From NCBI GenBank assembly GCA_963697895.1, contig OY969100.1:448001-512000 (forward strand): DNA of 64,000 nt. The letters run 5' to 3'. Origin of the DNA: an uncultured Methanomicrobiales archaeon. Its GTDB lineage: Archaea; Halobacteriota; Methanomicrobia; Methanomicrobiales; Methanospirillaceae. The position numbers and the translations under genes were made by a program. Shown one piece after another: positions 21,827-33,300 of the stretch (its first letter is position 1; each line of letters starts with the position of its first letter). The notes below the pieces were generated by a model, which did no database searches, was not told where the DNA came from, and saw nothing but the letters and a program-made list of their open reading frames with translations.

Positions 21827-22330
21827 TTACTTCGGCCCCTTTATCATCTTCGACCCGCGAAGGATTGCGATCTTTCCAGTCCTTACCAGTTCCTTGACCC
21901 CGTATTGCCTGAGGAGTGTCTCGATAGCGTCTATCTTTTCCGTATCTCCGGTAACCTCGAGGACGAGGGTCTTCGTCCCTGCGTCAACAATATTCGCGCG
22001 GAATATATCCGCAATCTGCATCACCTCTGCCCGGCTCGTCCCCGGCTCCGCCGCGACCTTGATCAGGGCCAGCTCGCGTTCAACCCGATCATTATCGGTC
22101 AGATCCGAGACCTTGATCACGTCGATCAGCTTGTTCAGCTGTTTCATGACCTGCTCGATCTGCTGATCATCCCCGATGCAAACGATCGTGATGCGGCTCA
22201 TCTCAGGCTCCTCGCAGGTGCCGACGGCGAGACTTTCGATGTTGAATCCCCGGCGCGAAAAGAGGCCCGTGACCCGGGACAGGACACCGGCCTTATTCTC
22301 GACGAGAACGCTCAGCGTATGCGGTTTCAT
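21827..22330 (-). CDS. ilvN: Acetolactate synthase small subunit
   Basis: LSVLVENKAGVLSRVTGLFSRRGFNIESL, KQLNKLIDV, ERELALIKV. Confidence 0.96.
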   Translation of the reverse strand: MKPHTLSVLVENKAGVLSRVTGLFSRRGFNIESLAVGTCEEPEMSRITIVCIGDDQQIEQVMKQLNKLIDVIKVSDLTDNDRVERELALIKVAAEPGTSRAEVMQIADIFRANIVDAGTKTLVLEVTGDTEKIDAIETLLRQYGVKELVRTGKIAILRGSKMIKGPK

Positions 22331-24005
22331 CAGTCACCACCTCCGATCATCTCGTTGACCGCCGCACCCGGCTGGAACGATCGGGAAGACATTTTCTTCC
22401 CGGGTTATCCGGAAATCGAGCACAAAGGGTCCATCTGTCTCAATTGCCGTCTTCAGGGCAGGGAGGACTTCGTCACGCGATTCCACCCGTATCCCCGGAA
22501 CCTCGTATGCGTTCGCGATCTTGACGAAGTCGACGGCCGGCAGCTCGGTATAGGAATACCTCCGGTCGTAGAAGAGCTCCTGCCACTGTCTCACCATGCC
22601 GAGGAACTGGTTGTTCAGTATTGCGACCTTTACGGGGATCTGGTAATGGGACACCGTCCCGAGCTCCTGTATATTCATCTGGAAACTCCCGTCACCCGCG
22701 ATATCGAAGACCACCTCATCAGGCCTGGCATAGTGAGCACCCATTGCTGCCGGGAACCCGTACCCCATGGTGCCGAGTCCCCCCGAAGTGATCCAGGTCC
22801 GTGGTTTACGGAATCCGTACCACTGTGCCGTCCACATCTGGTTCTGACCAACCTCACTGACAATGATCCCTTCTCCCTTAAGCAGCGCCGAGAGCTGCTG
22901 GATGATGTATTGCGGCCGTAACTCACTGTCGTCTTTGTACCGAAGCGGATGCTTCGTCTTCCACGTCCTGACCCGGTCCAGCCATGGATCGATCCGGTTA
23001 TTCCGGGCGATCTTTGCGAGCATATCTGTCAGAACAGACTTTATATCACCGACGATCGGGATATCGACCCGTCTTATTCTTCCCAATCTCCGCAGGGTCG
23101 ATATCGATGTGGATGATCTCCGCCTGTGGAGCAAAGGTGTCCACATTCCCGGTCACCCGATCATCGAACCGGACCCCGATCGCGATCAGGCAGTCACATT
23201 CGGTGACTGCAAAGTTGGCATACGCGGTGCCGTGCATGCCGAGCATACCGAGGTTCAGCGGGTGATCGCAGGGCATTGCACCGAGCCCCATGAGGGTTGT
23301 CGTCACCGGTATGAGCATCCGGTCCGCCAGTTCGACCAGTTCGGACGATGCCCCGGAACCGATCACTCCGCCACCGGCGTAGATGAGCGGACGTTCAGCG
23401 CGGTTGATCAGGTCGATTGCTTTCTCGATCTGTTTTGCATGCCCGCGGTAGGTGGGTTGGTATCCCCGGAGGGATACCCGTTCCGGGCTGGGATCCTCGT
23501 GGACAATCTGGCGGGAACTGACATCCTTCGGAAGGTCGATGAGTACCGGCCCCTGCCTCCCGGTACTTGCAATATAAAATGCCTCCTTTACAACCCGTGG
23601 CAGATCTTCCGTCCTCTTCACCAGATAGTTATGTTTGGTGATCGGGAGCGTGATACCGGTGATGTCCGCTTCCTGGAAGGCGTCATTTCCGAGGAGGGTA
23701 GTCGGCACCTGGCCAGTGATCGCAACAATCGGGATAGAGTCCATATACGCGGTTGCAATCCCGGTAACCAGGTTGCACGCCCCGGGCCCTGAAGTTGCCA
23801 GACATACCCCGACCCGGCCACTTGCACGGGCGAACCCGTCCGCGGCGTGGGCAGCCGCCTGCTCGTGCCTGACCAGGATATGACGTACAGGAGAGTTATA
23901 GAGTTCATCATAGATGGGCAGCACTACCCCGCCCGGATAACCGAAAATGGTTTCCACACCCTCTCGCTGCAGGCTTTCAATCAGGATTTTTGCTCCGGTC
24001 TTCAT
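22330..24005 (-). CDS. ilvB: Acetolactate synthase large subunit (two apparent single-base insertions, ~23073 and ~22368)
   Basis: [54 protein letters not shown]; corrected stop overlaps the ilvN ATG. Confidence 0.92.
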
Positions 24006-25492
24006 CCTCTTCCCTCAGTAGTCTGTTCATGCCGGCGATCACCGCCTCAACGCTTGCCATGATGATGTCGGTACGGGCGCCGCGAGACGTAATTATCTTC
24101 CCGTCTTTACTTAATCTTACCGTTACATCGACCAGCGCGTCCGTTCCCCCGCTTATTGCGTCCACATGATATTCTTCCAGCCGGATATCTGCGACATCGG
24201 CGACAGACTTCCGTAACGCTTCCATTGCGGCGTCCACCGGCCCGGCACCGGTCGCTGCGCCGGTTATCTCCTCATCTTTAACCACGAGCGTTACCGATGC
24301 AGTGGGTATCACATTACTCCCGGATACGACCGTAAACTGTTTCATCGTGAGAACCGGCCTGCTTTCGATAGAGAGGACGGCGTCTGCGATTGCGAGGAGA
24401 TCGGTATCCGTCACCCGCTTTCCTGCGTCCCCCAGCTGTTTGATTCTTTTCAAAATCTCTTTCAGCTGGTTGTCGTCTGGCCGATAGCTCATCTCACTGA
24501 GTGCGGCCTCGACCGAGGCGGATCCCGAGTGTTTCCCGAGCATGATCCGACGTTTCCTTCCGATCAGTTCAGGATTCACCGGTTCATAGGTACTTGGTTC
24601 CCGGAGCACACCGTGCGCATGAACCCCGCTCTCGTGGGTGAACGCCATCTCGCCAACGATCGCCTTGTTGATCGGCAGCGGTACCCCGGTCAACCGCGAG
24701 ACCAGGGTTGAAAGATGGTAAATCTCGCCAGTTACAATCCCGGTCCGATATCCGTACAGGATCTCAAGGGCCATGACGAGCTCTTCGAATGCGGTATTTC
24801 CCGCCCGCTCTCCCAGACCGTTCACCGTCGTATGGGCACAGGTTGCCCCTGCCCTGAGTGCTGCAACGGATGTCGCGAGACCGAACCCGAGGTCGTCATG
24901 GCAATGGATTGAAAGCGGCGCAATACAGAGACGCGGGATAATCTCGAGCGCCCGTTCCGGTGTCAGCAGGCCGACCGTATCGCAGAAGCAGAGACGATCG
25001 GCCCCCCGTTCTATGCCACCGCTAAAGATCTCGGAGAGAAATTCAGGATCTGCACGGGAGGCGTCCTCCCCACTGAATTCAACGATCAGTCCCCTGCCCT
25101 TCGCATATTCCACCGCCTTGTACGCCATATCGCAGACTTCCGGACGGGTTTTCCGGAGCTTTTTCCCGATATGGAGATCGCTGACCGGGACCACGAGATG
25201 AATGGAATCTGCCCCGTAGTCTGCGGCATAATCGATGTCCTGGTTCAGGGCCCGGACATACGTACAGCATTCGGCGGAGAGGCCCGCGTCAGAGATGAGC
25301 CGGATCGCTTCCCGTTCCCCTTCAGAGGAAGCGGCTGAGCCGACCTCAATGACCTGAACACCGATGTCCGCGAGTTTCGATGCGATTTCAAGTTTTTCGA
25401 CGGGGTTTAACGATACGCCCGGTGTCTGTTCACCATCCCGGAGGGTGGTGTCAAAAAAACGAATCTTTTCAGAGAATAAAACGATCTGTCAT
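23977..25492 (-). CDS. cimA: (R)-citramalate synthase (LeuA/CimA family)
   Basis: Frame open from 25488 with [22 protein letters not shown] and [10 protein letters not shown] match CimA rather than LeuA; also HCHDD, GERAGN. ATG 25492 is out of frame by one base (probable insertion), so the track start at 25194 is too short. Confidence 0.85.
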
Positions 25493-25601
25493 GGTTATTC
25501 CATCACAAGAGAACGTTGGAGACCAGAGTATATAAAATCGTGTATTTCCCCCGTTGTCTTCCCGGTCACACGCATCTGAAAATGTATAATAACGTTTATT
25601 G

Positions 25602-25985
25602 TCATTGGGGTTTTATCGCCCTTGCATCGGTCTTTTTTGCTGTGGTATACGCATCGTATATTGTATAGATCCAGAATATCGGATATATGATATAAATCCA
25701 GGATATCGGATACACGTACCCGACAAAGATAAGGATGGCGAACAGGAGGAAAACGGCGATAAAAACGAAACCGACACCCTTAACGATCTGTCCATTATAG
25801 ATCTGCCCAAGACCCGGAATCACGAAGGACAATATTGCCGAAATTACCGGGTTTTTCACCTTCGGAAACTTGACATCGACCCCACATTTCGGGCATGTTC
25901 CGCCATGTTTATCGATCTCCTCACCGCAAATTTCACAGAAATCCCGGATATGTTCCTCTGCCATGTATTCTCCCGGATCAATCAT
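25602..25985 (-). CDS. Zinc-ribbon/TM2-like small membrane protein
   Basis: CEICG...CPKCG followed by KNPVISAILS..IPGLGQIYNG. Confidence 0.8.
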   Translation of the reverse strand: MIDPGEYMAEEHIRDFCEICGEEIDKHGGTCPKCGVDVKFPKVKNPVISAILSFVIPGLGQIYNGQIVKGVGFVFIAVFLLFAILIFVGYVYPISWIYIIYPIFWIYTIYDAYTTAKKTDARAIKPQ

Positions 25986-26040
25986 GGAATGGGATACACT
26001 TAAGGGTTCTGGACTGTCTTCTGCCTAAAACAGGGTGGGG

Positions 26041-26745
26041 TCATCCCTGGTCCTGAGCAAAGTCGGGGAGTCCTTCGTTGTAGACGAGCGTGATATATCG
26101 TGCTTCAAAGAGAATGAACGGGGGCAGGGCGATGAGTAATACAATCCATCCGATGACCGGCACGATCAGGAAGAGCTCGACGATGAAGATATAAACGAAA
26201 CTGATTATCCAGAGAATGATCAGTGCAGCAATATAGGGCCACCATCCGATCCGGTGGATCTGGTCAGCGATCTCCGAAAGATTGAAGCCCTCCCGGAATC
26301 GTTCGGTTCGGGCCAGTCTTACCAGTCCTATCGTTGAAATGAGGGATATTATCACCGAAAGAATGAGAGCGATGGCCAGGCCGATAAACAGCCCGATCAG
26401 GAGTGTGGTCACGAAACCCTGCTGGGAAAGCAGGTACTCCCAGTTTTCTGTGGTGACCACAGGGATAAGCGGCAGGATTGTTATACCGATCGTGGTAAAA
26501 ATGACGATCATCACCGGGATTGCATAGATAAGCCCGGCGAAAAAAAGTTTCAGGCCATTGATAAAGAGCCCTCCCTCTTCGAACCGTGGAGCAGGCTGTT
26601 CGTCCCTATAGATCCGTGCGATATATCCCAGGATCAATGGAAAGATGAAGACGCTCATGATGAGGAGAAGCCATCGTTCCCATCTTCCCCAGAGGGCCTG
26701 CTTCGCATATTCATACGATTCGCTGATCAATCGTCCGTATTCCAT
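26041..26745 (-). CDS. DUF4013-type integral membrane protein
   Basis: ESYEYAK.ALWG.W.RW, LILGY..RI, GLKL; several hydrophobic helices. Confidence 0.75.
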   Translation of the reverse strand: MEYGRLISESYEYAKQALWGRWERWLLLIMSVFIFPLILGYIARIYRDEQPAPRFEEGGLFINGLKLFFAGLIYAIPVMIVIFTTIGITILPLIPVVTTENWEYLLSQQGFVTTLLIGLFIGLAIALILSVIISLISTIGLVRLARTERFREGFNLSEIADQIHRIGWWPYIAALIILWIISFVYIFIVELFLIVPVIGWIVLLIALPPFILFEARYITLVYNEGLPDFAQDQG

Positions 26746-26907
26746 CGGTTCACCGTGCGGGATAGGTATGCAGGCAGCACATTAAGCATTTCCGCCTGCT
26801 TGTTATGTCTTTCCTCCAAATGTGGAGGTTTTTTTCACCAGGGATGTTGCTCGTCAACGGGGATGGGTATTCCGAGGGGATTCATCCCGTTCGGGGAAAT
26901 ATCCGGT

Positions 26908-28392
26908 TCAATGCCTGAAATATCGGATCCCGGTGAAGACCATTGCCATATCGAGCCGGTTTGCGGCAGCAATTACCTCATTATCCCGGATAGATCCACC
27001 CGGCTGGACGAGCGCGGTAGCACCCGCGGCTGCTGCGATCTCGAGCGTGTCCGGGAAGGGGAGAAAGGCATCGGAAGCAACCACCGATCCGGTCAGAGGT
27101 TCGAGGGCCTTGTCGATCGCGATCGCAGCGGCATCCACCCGGCTCATCTGGCCCGCGCCAATCCCGAGTGTCCTGGTTTCGCTGGAGAAGATGATCGCGT
27201 TGGATCGTGTATGTTTGCAGACCTTCCATGCCAACTGCATAGCCCGGAGTTCAGCAGGCGTTGCATCCCGATCGGTGATGACCCTCCAGTGTTCCCGATA
27301 CGGAGGTGTCCGCTGCACCAGTACACCGCCGTCGATCGTACGCAGCTCATCCTGTTCTTCCGGATGAGGCAGAGTAAGAACCCGCATATTTTCCTTTTTC
27401 CGCATAATCTCACGGGCATCGGCGGAGTAAGACGGGGCTGCAACCACCTCCACGAAGGTCGAACAGATCTCAGCAGCGCATGCCGCGTCTACTTCATTGT
27501 TCAACGCCACGACGGAACCGTACGCCGAGACTGGATCCGCCGTCCGGGCATCGATATAAGCGCGGGTCACCGGCTCTCCGATCGCGACCCCACAGGGGTT
27601 GTTATGCTTGACGATCACCGCACACGGTTCATCGAACTCGCGGATCAGCCTGCACGAAGCATTCAGATCCAGGTAATTATTATAGGACATCTGCTTTCCC
27701 TGTATGAGCTGCTGGCGTGCCAGTCCGTATTCACCATAAATCGCCGCCTGCTGGTGCGGGTTCTCACCGTACCGCAGCTGCCTGCCATTCCGAAACTGAA
27801 CCGTATAAACATTCGGGAACAGCGATCCACGACTGTGGAGGTAGTTGCTGATCGCAGCGTCATACCCGGCAGTACAGGCAAATGCCTTCATGGCAAGTGA
27901 AAACCGTTGATCCGGGGAGAACTCTCCCGCATCGAGAGCTTCTTTTACCAGCGGATAGTCGGCCGTATCCGTGATCACCGCGACGTCCCGGTAATTTTTC
28001 GCTGCAGCCCGAATCATGGCCGGTCCGCCTACGTCCACGAACTCGATCAGTTCATCCAGATCCATTCCCTGTGAAGCCATCTGTTCGAACGGGTAGAGAT
28101 TGACCACAAGCAGGTCGATGGGAACGATCCCCTCGGACTCCATGATTGCATCGTCGACCCCCCGCCTCCCGAGGAGCCCGCCATGGATCTTCGGGTGGAG
28201 TGTCTTAACCCGTCCGCCCATCATCTCCGGTGAACCGGTATATTCGCCTACATCGGTGAATGGTATCCCGGCTTCACGGAGGGCCTGCCCGGTTCCTCCC
28301 GAAGAGAAGATCCCGACCGAATGGGTGGCGAGGGACTGTGCAAGTTCGACAATCCCCTCTTTTTCCCAGACCGATAATAGTGCCCACTTCAT
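26908..28392 (-). CDS. purH: Bifunctional AICAR transformylase/IMP cyclohydrolase
   Basis: GRVKTLHP.IHGG, DVGGPAMIRAAAKN, LRYGENPHQ, KHNNPCG, ASDAF.PF, QPGGSIRD, RYFRH. Confidence 0.96.
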   Translation of the reverse strand: MKWALLSVWEKEGIVELAQSLATHSVGIFSSGGTGQALREAGIPFTDVGEYTGSPEMMGGRVKTLHPKIHGGLLGRRGVDDAIMESEGIVPIDLLVVNLYPFEQMASQGMDLDELIEFVDVGGPAMIRAAAKNYRDVAVITDTADYPLVKEALDAGEFSPDQRFSLAMKAFACTAGYDAAISNYLHSRGSLFPNVYTVQFRNGRQLRYGENPHQQAAIYGEYGLARQQLIQGKQMSYNNYLDLNASCRLIREFDEPCAVIVKHNNPCGVAIGEPVTRAYIDARTADPVSAYGSVVALNNEVDAACAAEICSTFVEVVAAPSYSADAREIMRKKENMRVLTLPHPEEQDELRTIDGGVLVQRTPPYREHWRVITDRDATPAELRAMQLAWKVCKHTRSNAIIFSSETRTLGIGAGQMSRVDAAAIAIDKALEPLTGSVVASDAFLPFPDTLEIAAAAGATALVQPGGSIRDNEVIAAANRLDMAMVFTGIRYFRH

Positions 28393-28751
28393 AGTCACGT
28401 ATTATTCACGGCACCATATGAATCATCTGCGGTGATCCCCTGATAAAGTCCCGGTCATTCGCATAGAACGGAGTATCGCACAACCTGCCGGTTGCGGTTT
28501 ATGGATGGGATCGCCTTCCTTACGGAATACGATCATGCCTGTAAATTTTCCCGGATATCCGTAACCGACCATTTCCTCAAATGCTCCGATGATTTCCGGT
28601 AAATCCAGATACCCTGGAAAGAACGGGCAGGGAATATGCCGGGCATCCGGTGTGATTTAAAAACTGCAGTTTACGATTTTTACCCCAGTTTTAATCCTAA
28701 AATGCAAAACGGACAGATATAAACAGGTGAATGATTTGAGATTATAATTAG

Positions 28752-28775
28752 TTATATATAGAACCACAATACAAT
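28752..28775 (+). promoter_or_regulatory. TATA box plus GAA-N3-CAAT-N-CAAT element of the grpE-dnaK-dnaJ promoter
   Basis: TTATATATAGAACCACAATACAAT, 16 nt before the grpE ATG (near-leaderless). Confidence 0.65.
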
Positions 28776-28791
28776 AGATATTCGATCGCCT

Positions 28792-29325
28792 ATGGTTTAT
28801 CCAACGGAGGAAGTTCCAGAAGACCGGAACAGCCAAAAAATTGACGTTCCGACCGGGGATCAGGAAGGATCGCCCTTCCCTGAAGAGGAAGAACTGGAAA
28901 AGAGGTATGGTGACCTGAACGACCGGTTCCTTCGTCTCGCGGCGGATTTTGACAACTTTAAACGGAGGACCGCACGTGACATCGATGCGCAGGCCCGGTC
29001 GGCGGTCGAGCGTCTTGTGGTGGAGCTGCTTGAGGTGATGGATAACTTTGACCGTGCGGCGAAACTGGAGGAAGTATCTTCGTCCCGTGAAGGAATGGAC
29101 CAGATACGCAAACTCTTCACAACAATCCTTGAAAGACATGGTATCCGGCAGATCGAGGCGGTTGGCAAGAAATTTAACCCGGTTGAACATGAGGCAGTCC
29201 TCTCCATGCCATCCCCCGAGGAAGAGGGCATGGTCATTGAAGAGGTTTGTCGCGGGTATTGCCTCGATCAGAAGGTGATACGGTGTGCAAAGGTCGTTGT
29301 ATCGAGGGGAAAGGAGTGTGATTGA
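28792..29325 (+). CDS. grpE: Nucleotide exchange factor GrpE
   Basis: [41 protein letters not shown]. Confidence 0.95.
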   Translation: MVYPTEEVPEDRNSQKIDVPTGDQEGSPFPEEEELEKRYGDLNDRFLRLAADFDNFKRRTARDIDAQARSAVERLVVELLEVMDNFDRAAKLEEVSSSREGMDQIRKLFTTILERHGIRQIEAVGKKFNPVEHEAVLSMPSPEEEGMVIEEVCRGYCLDQKVIRCAKVVVSRGKECD

Positions 29326-29327
29326 TT

Positions 29328-31175
29328 ATGGCAAAAGACAAAGTTTTAGGAATTGATCTGGGAACGACGTTCTCATGTATGGCAATTATGGAGGCTGGAA
29401 AGCCGATCGTGATTCCGAATGCGGAGGGTGGTCGCATTACGCCGTCGGTCGTCGCATTCACCAAGGATGGTGAACGATTGGTCGGGAATCTGGCAAAGAG
29501 GCAGGCGGTAACAAACCCCCAGAGGACGGTCCAGTCAATCAAACGAAAGATGGGGACAAGCGAGAAGATCAGCATCGATGACAAGAAGTATTCTCCCCAA
29601 GAGATCTCGGCCATGATCCTCCAGAAGATGAAGATCGATGCCGAAGCATATCTCGGAGAAAAGATCACAAAGGCGGTCATTACTGTCCCGGCCTATTTCA
29701 ACGACGCACAACGGCAGGCGACCAAGGATGCAGGCCAGATCGCGGGCCTTGAAGTGCTCCGGATCATCAACGAACCCACGGCGAGCGCCCTCGCCTACGG
29801 AATCGACAAAGAGCAGGAAGCCACCATCCTCGTCTACGATCTCGGAGGGGGGACTTTCGATGTCTCGATTCTGAACCTCGGAGACGGGGTATTCGAGGTC
29901 AAATCGACGGCAGGGAACAATCGTCTCGGGGGGGATGATATGGACGCACGGGTGATGGAATATCTGATCTCCGAATTCAAAAAGAAGGAAGGGATCGATC
30001 TCCATAACGACCCGATCGCGATGCAGCGGTTACGCGACGCATCAGAAAACGCAAAAATTGAGCTCTCGCAGAAACAGAAGACCAACATCAACCTCCCATA
30101 TATTACCACAGGGCCCACGGGACCGAAATTCCTGGACGTCGACCTGACCCGGGCGAAGCTCGAGCAGTTGATCGGAGATCTCGTGGAGATGACCGTAGGT
30201 CCGGTAAAGCAGGCATTGAGCGATGCTAAGCTTACCGCTGCTGATATCGACCACGTACTCCTCGTTGGGGGTTCCACCCGCGTGCCCCTGGTCCAGGAGA
30301 CCGTGAAGCGTCTCCTCGACAAGGAACCGGACAAAGGGATAAACCCGGATGAATGTGTAGCTCTCGGAGCGGCAATCCAGGGAGCGGTGCTTACCGGAGA
30401 GGCGAAGGATATCGTCCTCCTCGATGTCACTCCCCTGACCCTGGGCATCGAGACGCTCGGTGGTATTGCGACCAAACTGATCGATCGGAATACCACAATT
30501 CCAACAAGGAAAAGCCAGATATTTTCAACGGCTGCGGACAGCCAGACCAGTGTCGAGATCCATGTGGTCCAGGGCGAACGAGCGCTTGCGAAGGATAATT
30601 TTACGCTCGGAAGATTCCAGCTTACGGGTATTCCTCCAGCCCCGAGAGGCATTCCCCAGATCGAAGTCACGTTCGATATCGACGCAAACGGGATCATCCA
30701 TGTTTCGGCAAAGGACCTGGGGACCGGGAATCAGCAGGCAATCACTATTAAAGGTGACCGGAAACTTTCCGAGGATGAGATCAAACGGATGGTTGAGGAC
30801 TCCAGGAAGTTTGAACAGGAAGACAAAAATCGTAAGGAAGAGATCGAGATCCGTAACCTTGCTGATACGGCGATCTTTACCGCGGAGAAGCTGCAAAAAG
30901 AGAGTGGGGAAAAGATCGATGCAGATGACCGCCAAAAGATCGAGGAAGGCATTGCAGCAGTCAGGAAGTCGCTCGAATCAGATATAACGGAGGAAATTAA
31001 AAAATCAATGGATTCCCTGACAGAAACGGTGTATGCGGTGACCACAAAGATCTATCAGAAGGTGCAGGCGGAACAGCAGGCACAAGCGGGTTCAACTGCG
31101 GGTTCCGGCGGCTCGCAGTCATCAGATCGGGATGATACTGTTGTTGACGCCGACTATACCGTAAAAGACGAGTGA
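29328..31175 (+). CDS. dnaK: Chaperone DnaK (Hsp70)
   Basis: [41 protein letters not shown]. Confidence 0.98.
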   Translation: MAKDKVLGIDLGTTFSCMAIMEAGKPIVIPNAEGGRITPSVVAFTKDGERLVGNLAKRQAVTNPQRTVQSIKRKMGTSEKISIDDKKYSPQEISAMILQKMKIDAEAYLGEKITKAVITVPAYFNDAQRQATKDAGQIAGLEVLRIINEPTASALAYGIDKEQEATILVYDLGGGTFDVSILNLGDGVFEVKSTAGNNRLGGDDMDARVMEYLISEFKKKEGIDLHNDPIAMQRLRDASENAKIELSQKQKTNINLPYITTGPTGPKFLDVDLTRAKLEQLIGDLVEMTVGPVKQALSDAKLTAADIDHVLLVGGSTRVPLVQETVKRLLDKEPDKGINPDECVALGAAIQGAVLTGEAKDIVLLDVTPLTLGIETLGGIATKLIDRNTTIPTRKSQIFSTAADSQTSVEIHVVQGERALAKDNFTLGRFQLTGIPPAPRGIPQIEVTFDIDANGIIHVSAKDLGTGNQQAITIKGDRKLSEDEIKRMVEDSRKFEQEDKNRKEEIEIRNLADTAIFTAEKLQKESGEKIDADDRQKIEEGIAAVRKSLESDITEEIKKSMDSLTETVYAVTTKIYQKVQAEQQAQAGSTAGSGGSQSSDRDDTVVDADYTVKDE

Positions 31176-31179
31176 GCAG

Positions 31180-32313
31180 ATGGTTGTGGGAGATTATTAC
31201 GAGATCCTCGGCGTACAGAGAAACGCAGACGAAAAAGAGATACGAAAAGCCTACCGGAATCTCGCACGGAAATATCACCCCGATGTCTGCAAGGAGGCCG
31301 GGTCGGAAAGCCGGTTCAAAGAGATCAATGAGGCGTACGGGGTGCTTTCTGATGTTCAGAAGAGGGCCCAGTATGATAAGCTCGGGCACGAGACCTTTAC
31401 CAGTGCCTCAAAGGGCGCTTACACCGGTGGAGGAGGATTCGGTGGAGGAGGATTCTCCTCAGATTTCAGTGGTTTCGGAGATATATTCGATTTCTTCGGG
31501 GGAGCGTTCGGCGGTCAACAACGCTACCAGGGTCCAAATCCCGGTAGCGATCTCCTGATGCAGATCCAGATCTCCCTTGAAGAGGCGGTCTCGGGCATCG
31601 ACCGGGAGATAGAGGTCGTTCATACGGAGGCTTGCCCGGCCTGCAACGGTACCGGGAGCGAGACTAAGAAGCTTACGAATTGCCCCAGGTGCGGCGGTAC
31701 TGGTCAGATACGACAGATGAACCAGTCTGTCTTCGGTCAGTTCGTGAGGATGAGCATATGTACAGAATGTCAGGGGAGAGGAAAAGTACCGGAACGCCGG
31801 TGTGGGAATTGTCGGGGAACAGGTCACACCCGGGTAAAACGAAATATTAACGTTCATATACCGGCCGGAATAGATTCTGGAATGCGACTCCGTATGGAGG
31901 GGTATGGCGATGCGGGAGATTACGGAGCCCCGAAGGGAGATCTGTTCATTGAGGTGCATGTCCGGCCGCACCCCCGCTTTGTGCGTCATGGCGATAACCT
32001 CGAAACGTTCCTTGACATTACACCGGCACAAGCCGTGATGGGATCTGCGGCGGATGTGGAGACGATCGACCATCGGCAGGTAAACCTGAAAATCCCTTCG
32101 GGGATCCAGTATAACACCGCTCTGAAGATCCCTGGTGAGGGAGTTAAAAGGCGGGGAAAACCCGGTGACCTTCTTGTCCGGATCCGGATCAGCGTACCTA
32201 AGCATACCTCATCAGAGGAGAAGGAATTATATGAGAAAATTCTTGAAATTGAGGGGAAAAAGGGGGCAGAATCGAAAAAAGGATTTTTTTCAGGAATCAT
32301 GGGGAAGAAATAA
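31180..32313 (+). CDS. dnaJ: Chaperone DnaJ
   Basis: J domain HPD, G/F region, four CxxCxGxG repeats. Confidence 0.97.
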   Translation: MVVGDYYEILGVQRNADEKEIRKAYRNLARKYHPDVCKEAGSESRFKEINEAYGVLSDVQKRAQYDKLGHETFTSASKGAYTGGGGFGGGGFSSDFSGFGDIFDFFGGAFGGQQRYQGPNPGSDLLMQIQISLEEAVSGIDREIEVVHTEACPACNGTGSETKKLTNCPRCGGTGQIRQMNQSVFGQFVRMSICTECQGRGKVPERRCGNCRGTGHTRVKRNINVHIPAGIDSGMRLRMEGYGDAGDYGAPKGDLFIEVHVRPHPRFVRHGDNLETFLDITPAQAVMGSAADVETIDHRQVNLKIPSGIQYNTALKIPGEGVKRRGKPGDLLVRIRISVPKHTSSEEKELYEKILEIEGKKGAESKKGFFSGIMGKK

Positions 32314-32490
32314 GCAGGGAATGGAAGGGACGGACTCTGTTACCGGTCGCCGATACGTCGGGGATATCTGGTACCGGGTTCTCCCGCTGCATCTCGTAAC
32401 AGCGGCATTTTGATGTTTCAGGGTATTATTCACCGGTAAGTGAATGGAGAAAGCACAACGTTCAAGTAGGATAATAAAGGATATCTTTTT

Positions 32491-33183
32491 ATGTTTCGTG
32501 CATTTCTCGTATCGGTTGCATTGATTGCGGCGCTTGCCTGTGGATGTACCTCTCTCACCGGTTCACCGGGTACTATCGCCGTTGTCACGACCCCTCCCGG
32601 AGCAGGGATCTATCTCGATGGCGCGTACAAGGGGGTCTCCCCGATGGACGTCACGGGTGTGGTTTCCGGCACGCATACCGTAGAGCTCCGGTTTCCCGAC
32701 GGCTATAACTGGTCGACGGAAATACTTGTCTCGAGCGGGGGGACTTCTCATATCGATGTTCAGGCGCCGGTCGGACTGACGACCCCCGAAGCTACTCGGA
32801 CCTCTTTTCCTACCTCGACAACCGTGGTGGGATTACTTGTCACAAATATGAAGGGATATCAGGGAGGTGGGAATTATATTACCCGGCTCACCTTTGACCT
32901 CGCCCTTGCACCTGGCGAACAGCCAGTCGATCTCTCAAAGGCCACCTTCGAACTGCGGACGGCAGATGAGACCAGCAATCCGTACTGGCAGATCCTCGAC
33001 CGTCGATACGTCTCGACGGATTCTGTTCTTCTCACTGCCGGAGATACCTTCACCATGTCACTGAATACCCCGCAGATACAAGCAGGTGAGACCTTCACCC
33101 TTGTGATTGCTCCGGAGAACCAGGAACCGACCGTATTGATGAAGCAGGTACCTGATCCCATCGGTGTAGTCACCCCTATCTGA
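32491..33183 (+). CDS. Lipoprotein: PEGA domain plus archaellin-head-like C-terminal domain
   Basis: ALACGC lipobox; TTPPGAGIYLDG..KG.SP...GTHTV (PEGA); LALAPG..PVDL...LL..GD.F...F.L.I.P....VP (archaellin-like). Confidence 0.65.
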   Translation: MFRAFLVSVALIAALACGCTSLTGSPGTIAVVTTPPGAGIYLDGAYKGVSPMDVTGVVSGTHTVELRFPDGYNWSTEILVSSGGTSHIDVQAPVGLTTPEATRTSFPTSTTVVGLLVTNMKGYQGGGNYITRLTFDLALAPGEQPVDLSKATFELRTADETSNPYWQILDRRYVSTDSVLLTAGDTFTMSLNTPQIQAGETFTLVIAPENQEPTVLMKQVPDPIGVVTPI

Positions 33184-33300
33184 ACTCTTTTTTTCCACCC
33201 AAAGAAATGATTGAGAAGAAGGAGCTGCGGTGGGTGTATGAGACTCATTTTAATGATGATTCGCATCCAAACTCATTTGTTCGGATCATTGAGTGAACAG

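Noticed and set aside
25469-25492. Leader peptide MTDRFIL (attenuator) or non-canonical ATC start for cimA
   Set aside because: Removing one base gives ATG CAG ATC GTT... in frame, matching the window-wide single-insertion pattern
26908-32313. Bacterial-type purH and dnaK system as a recent horizontal transfer
   Set aside because: Known to be normal in mesophilic methanogens of this group; no mobility signatures
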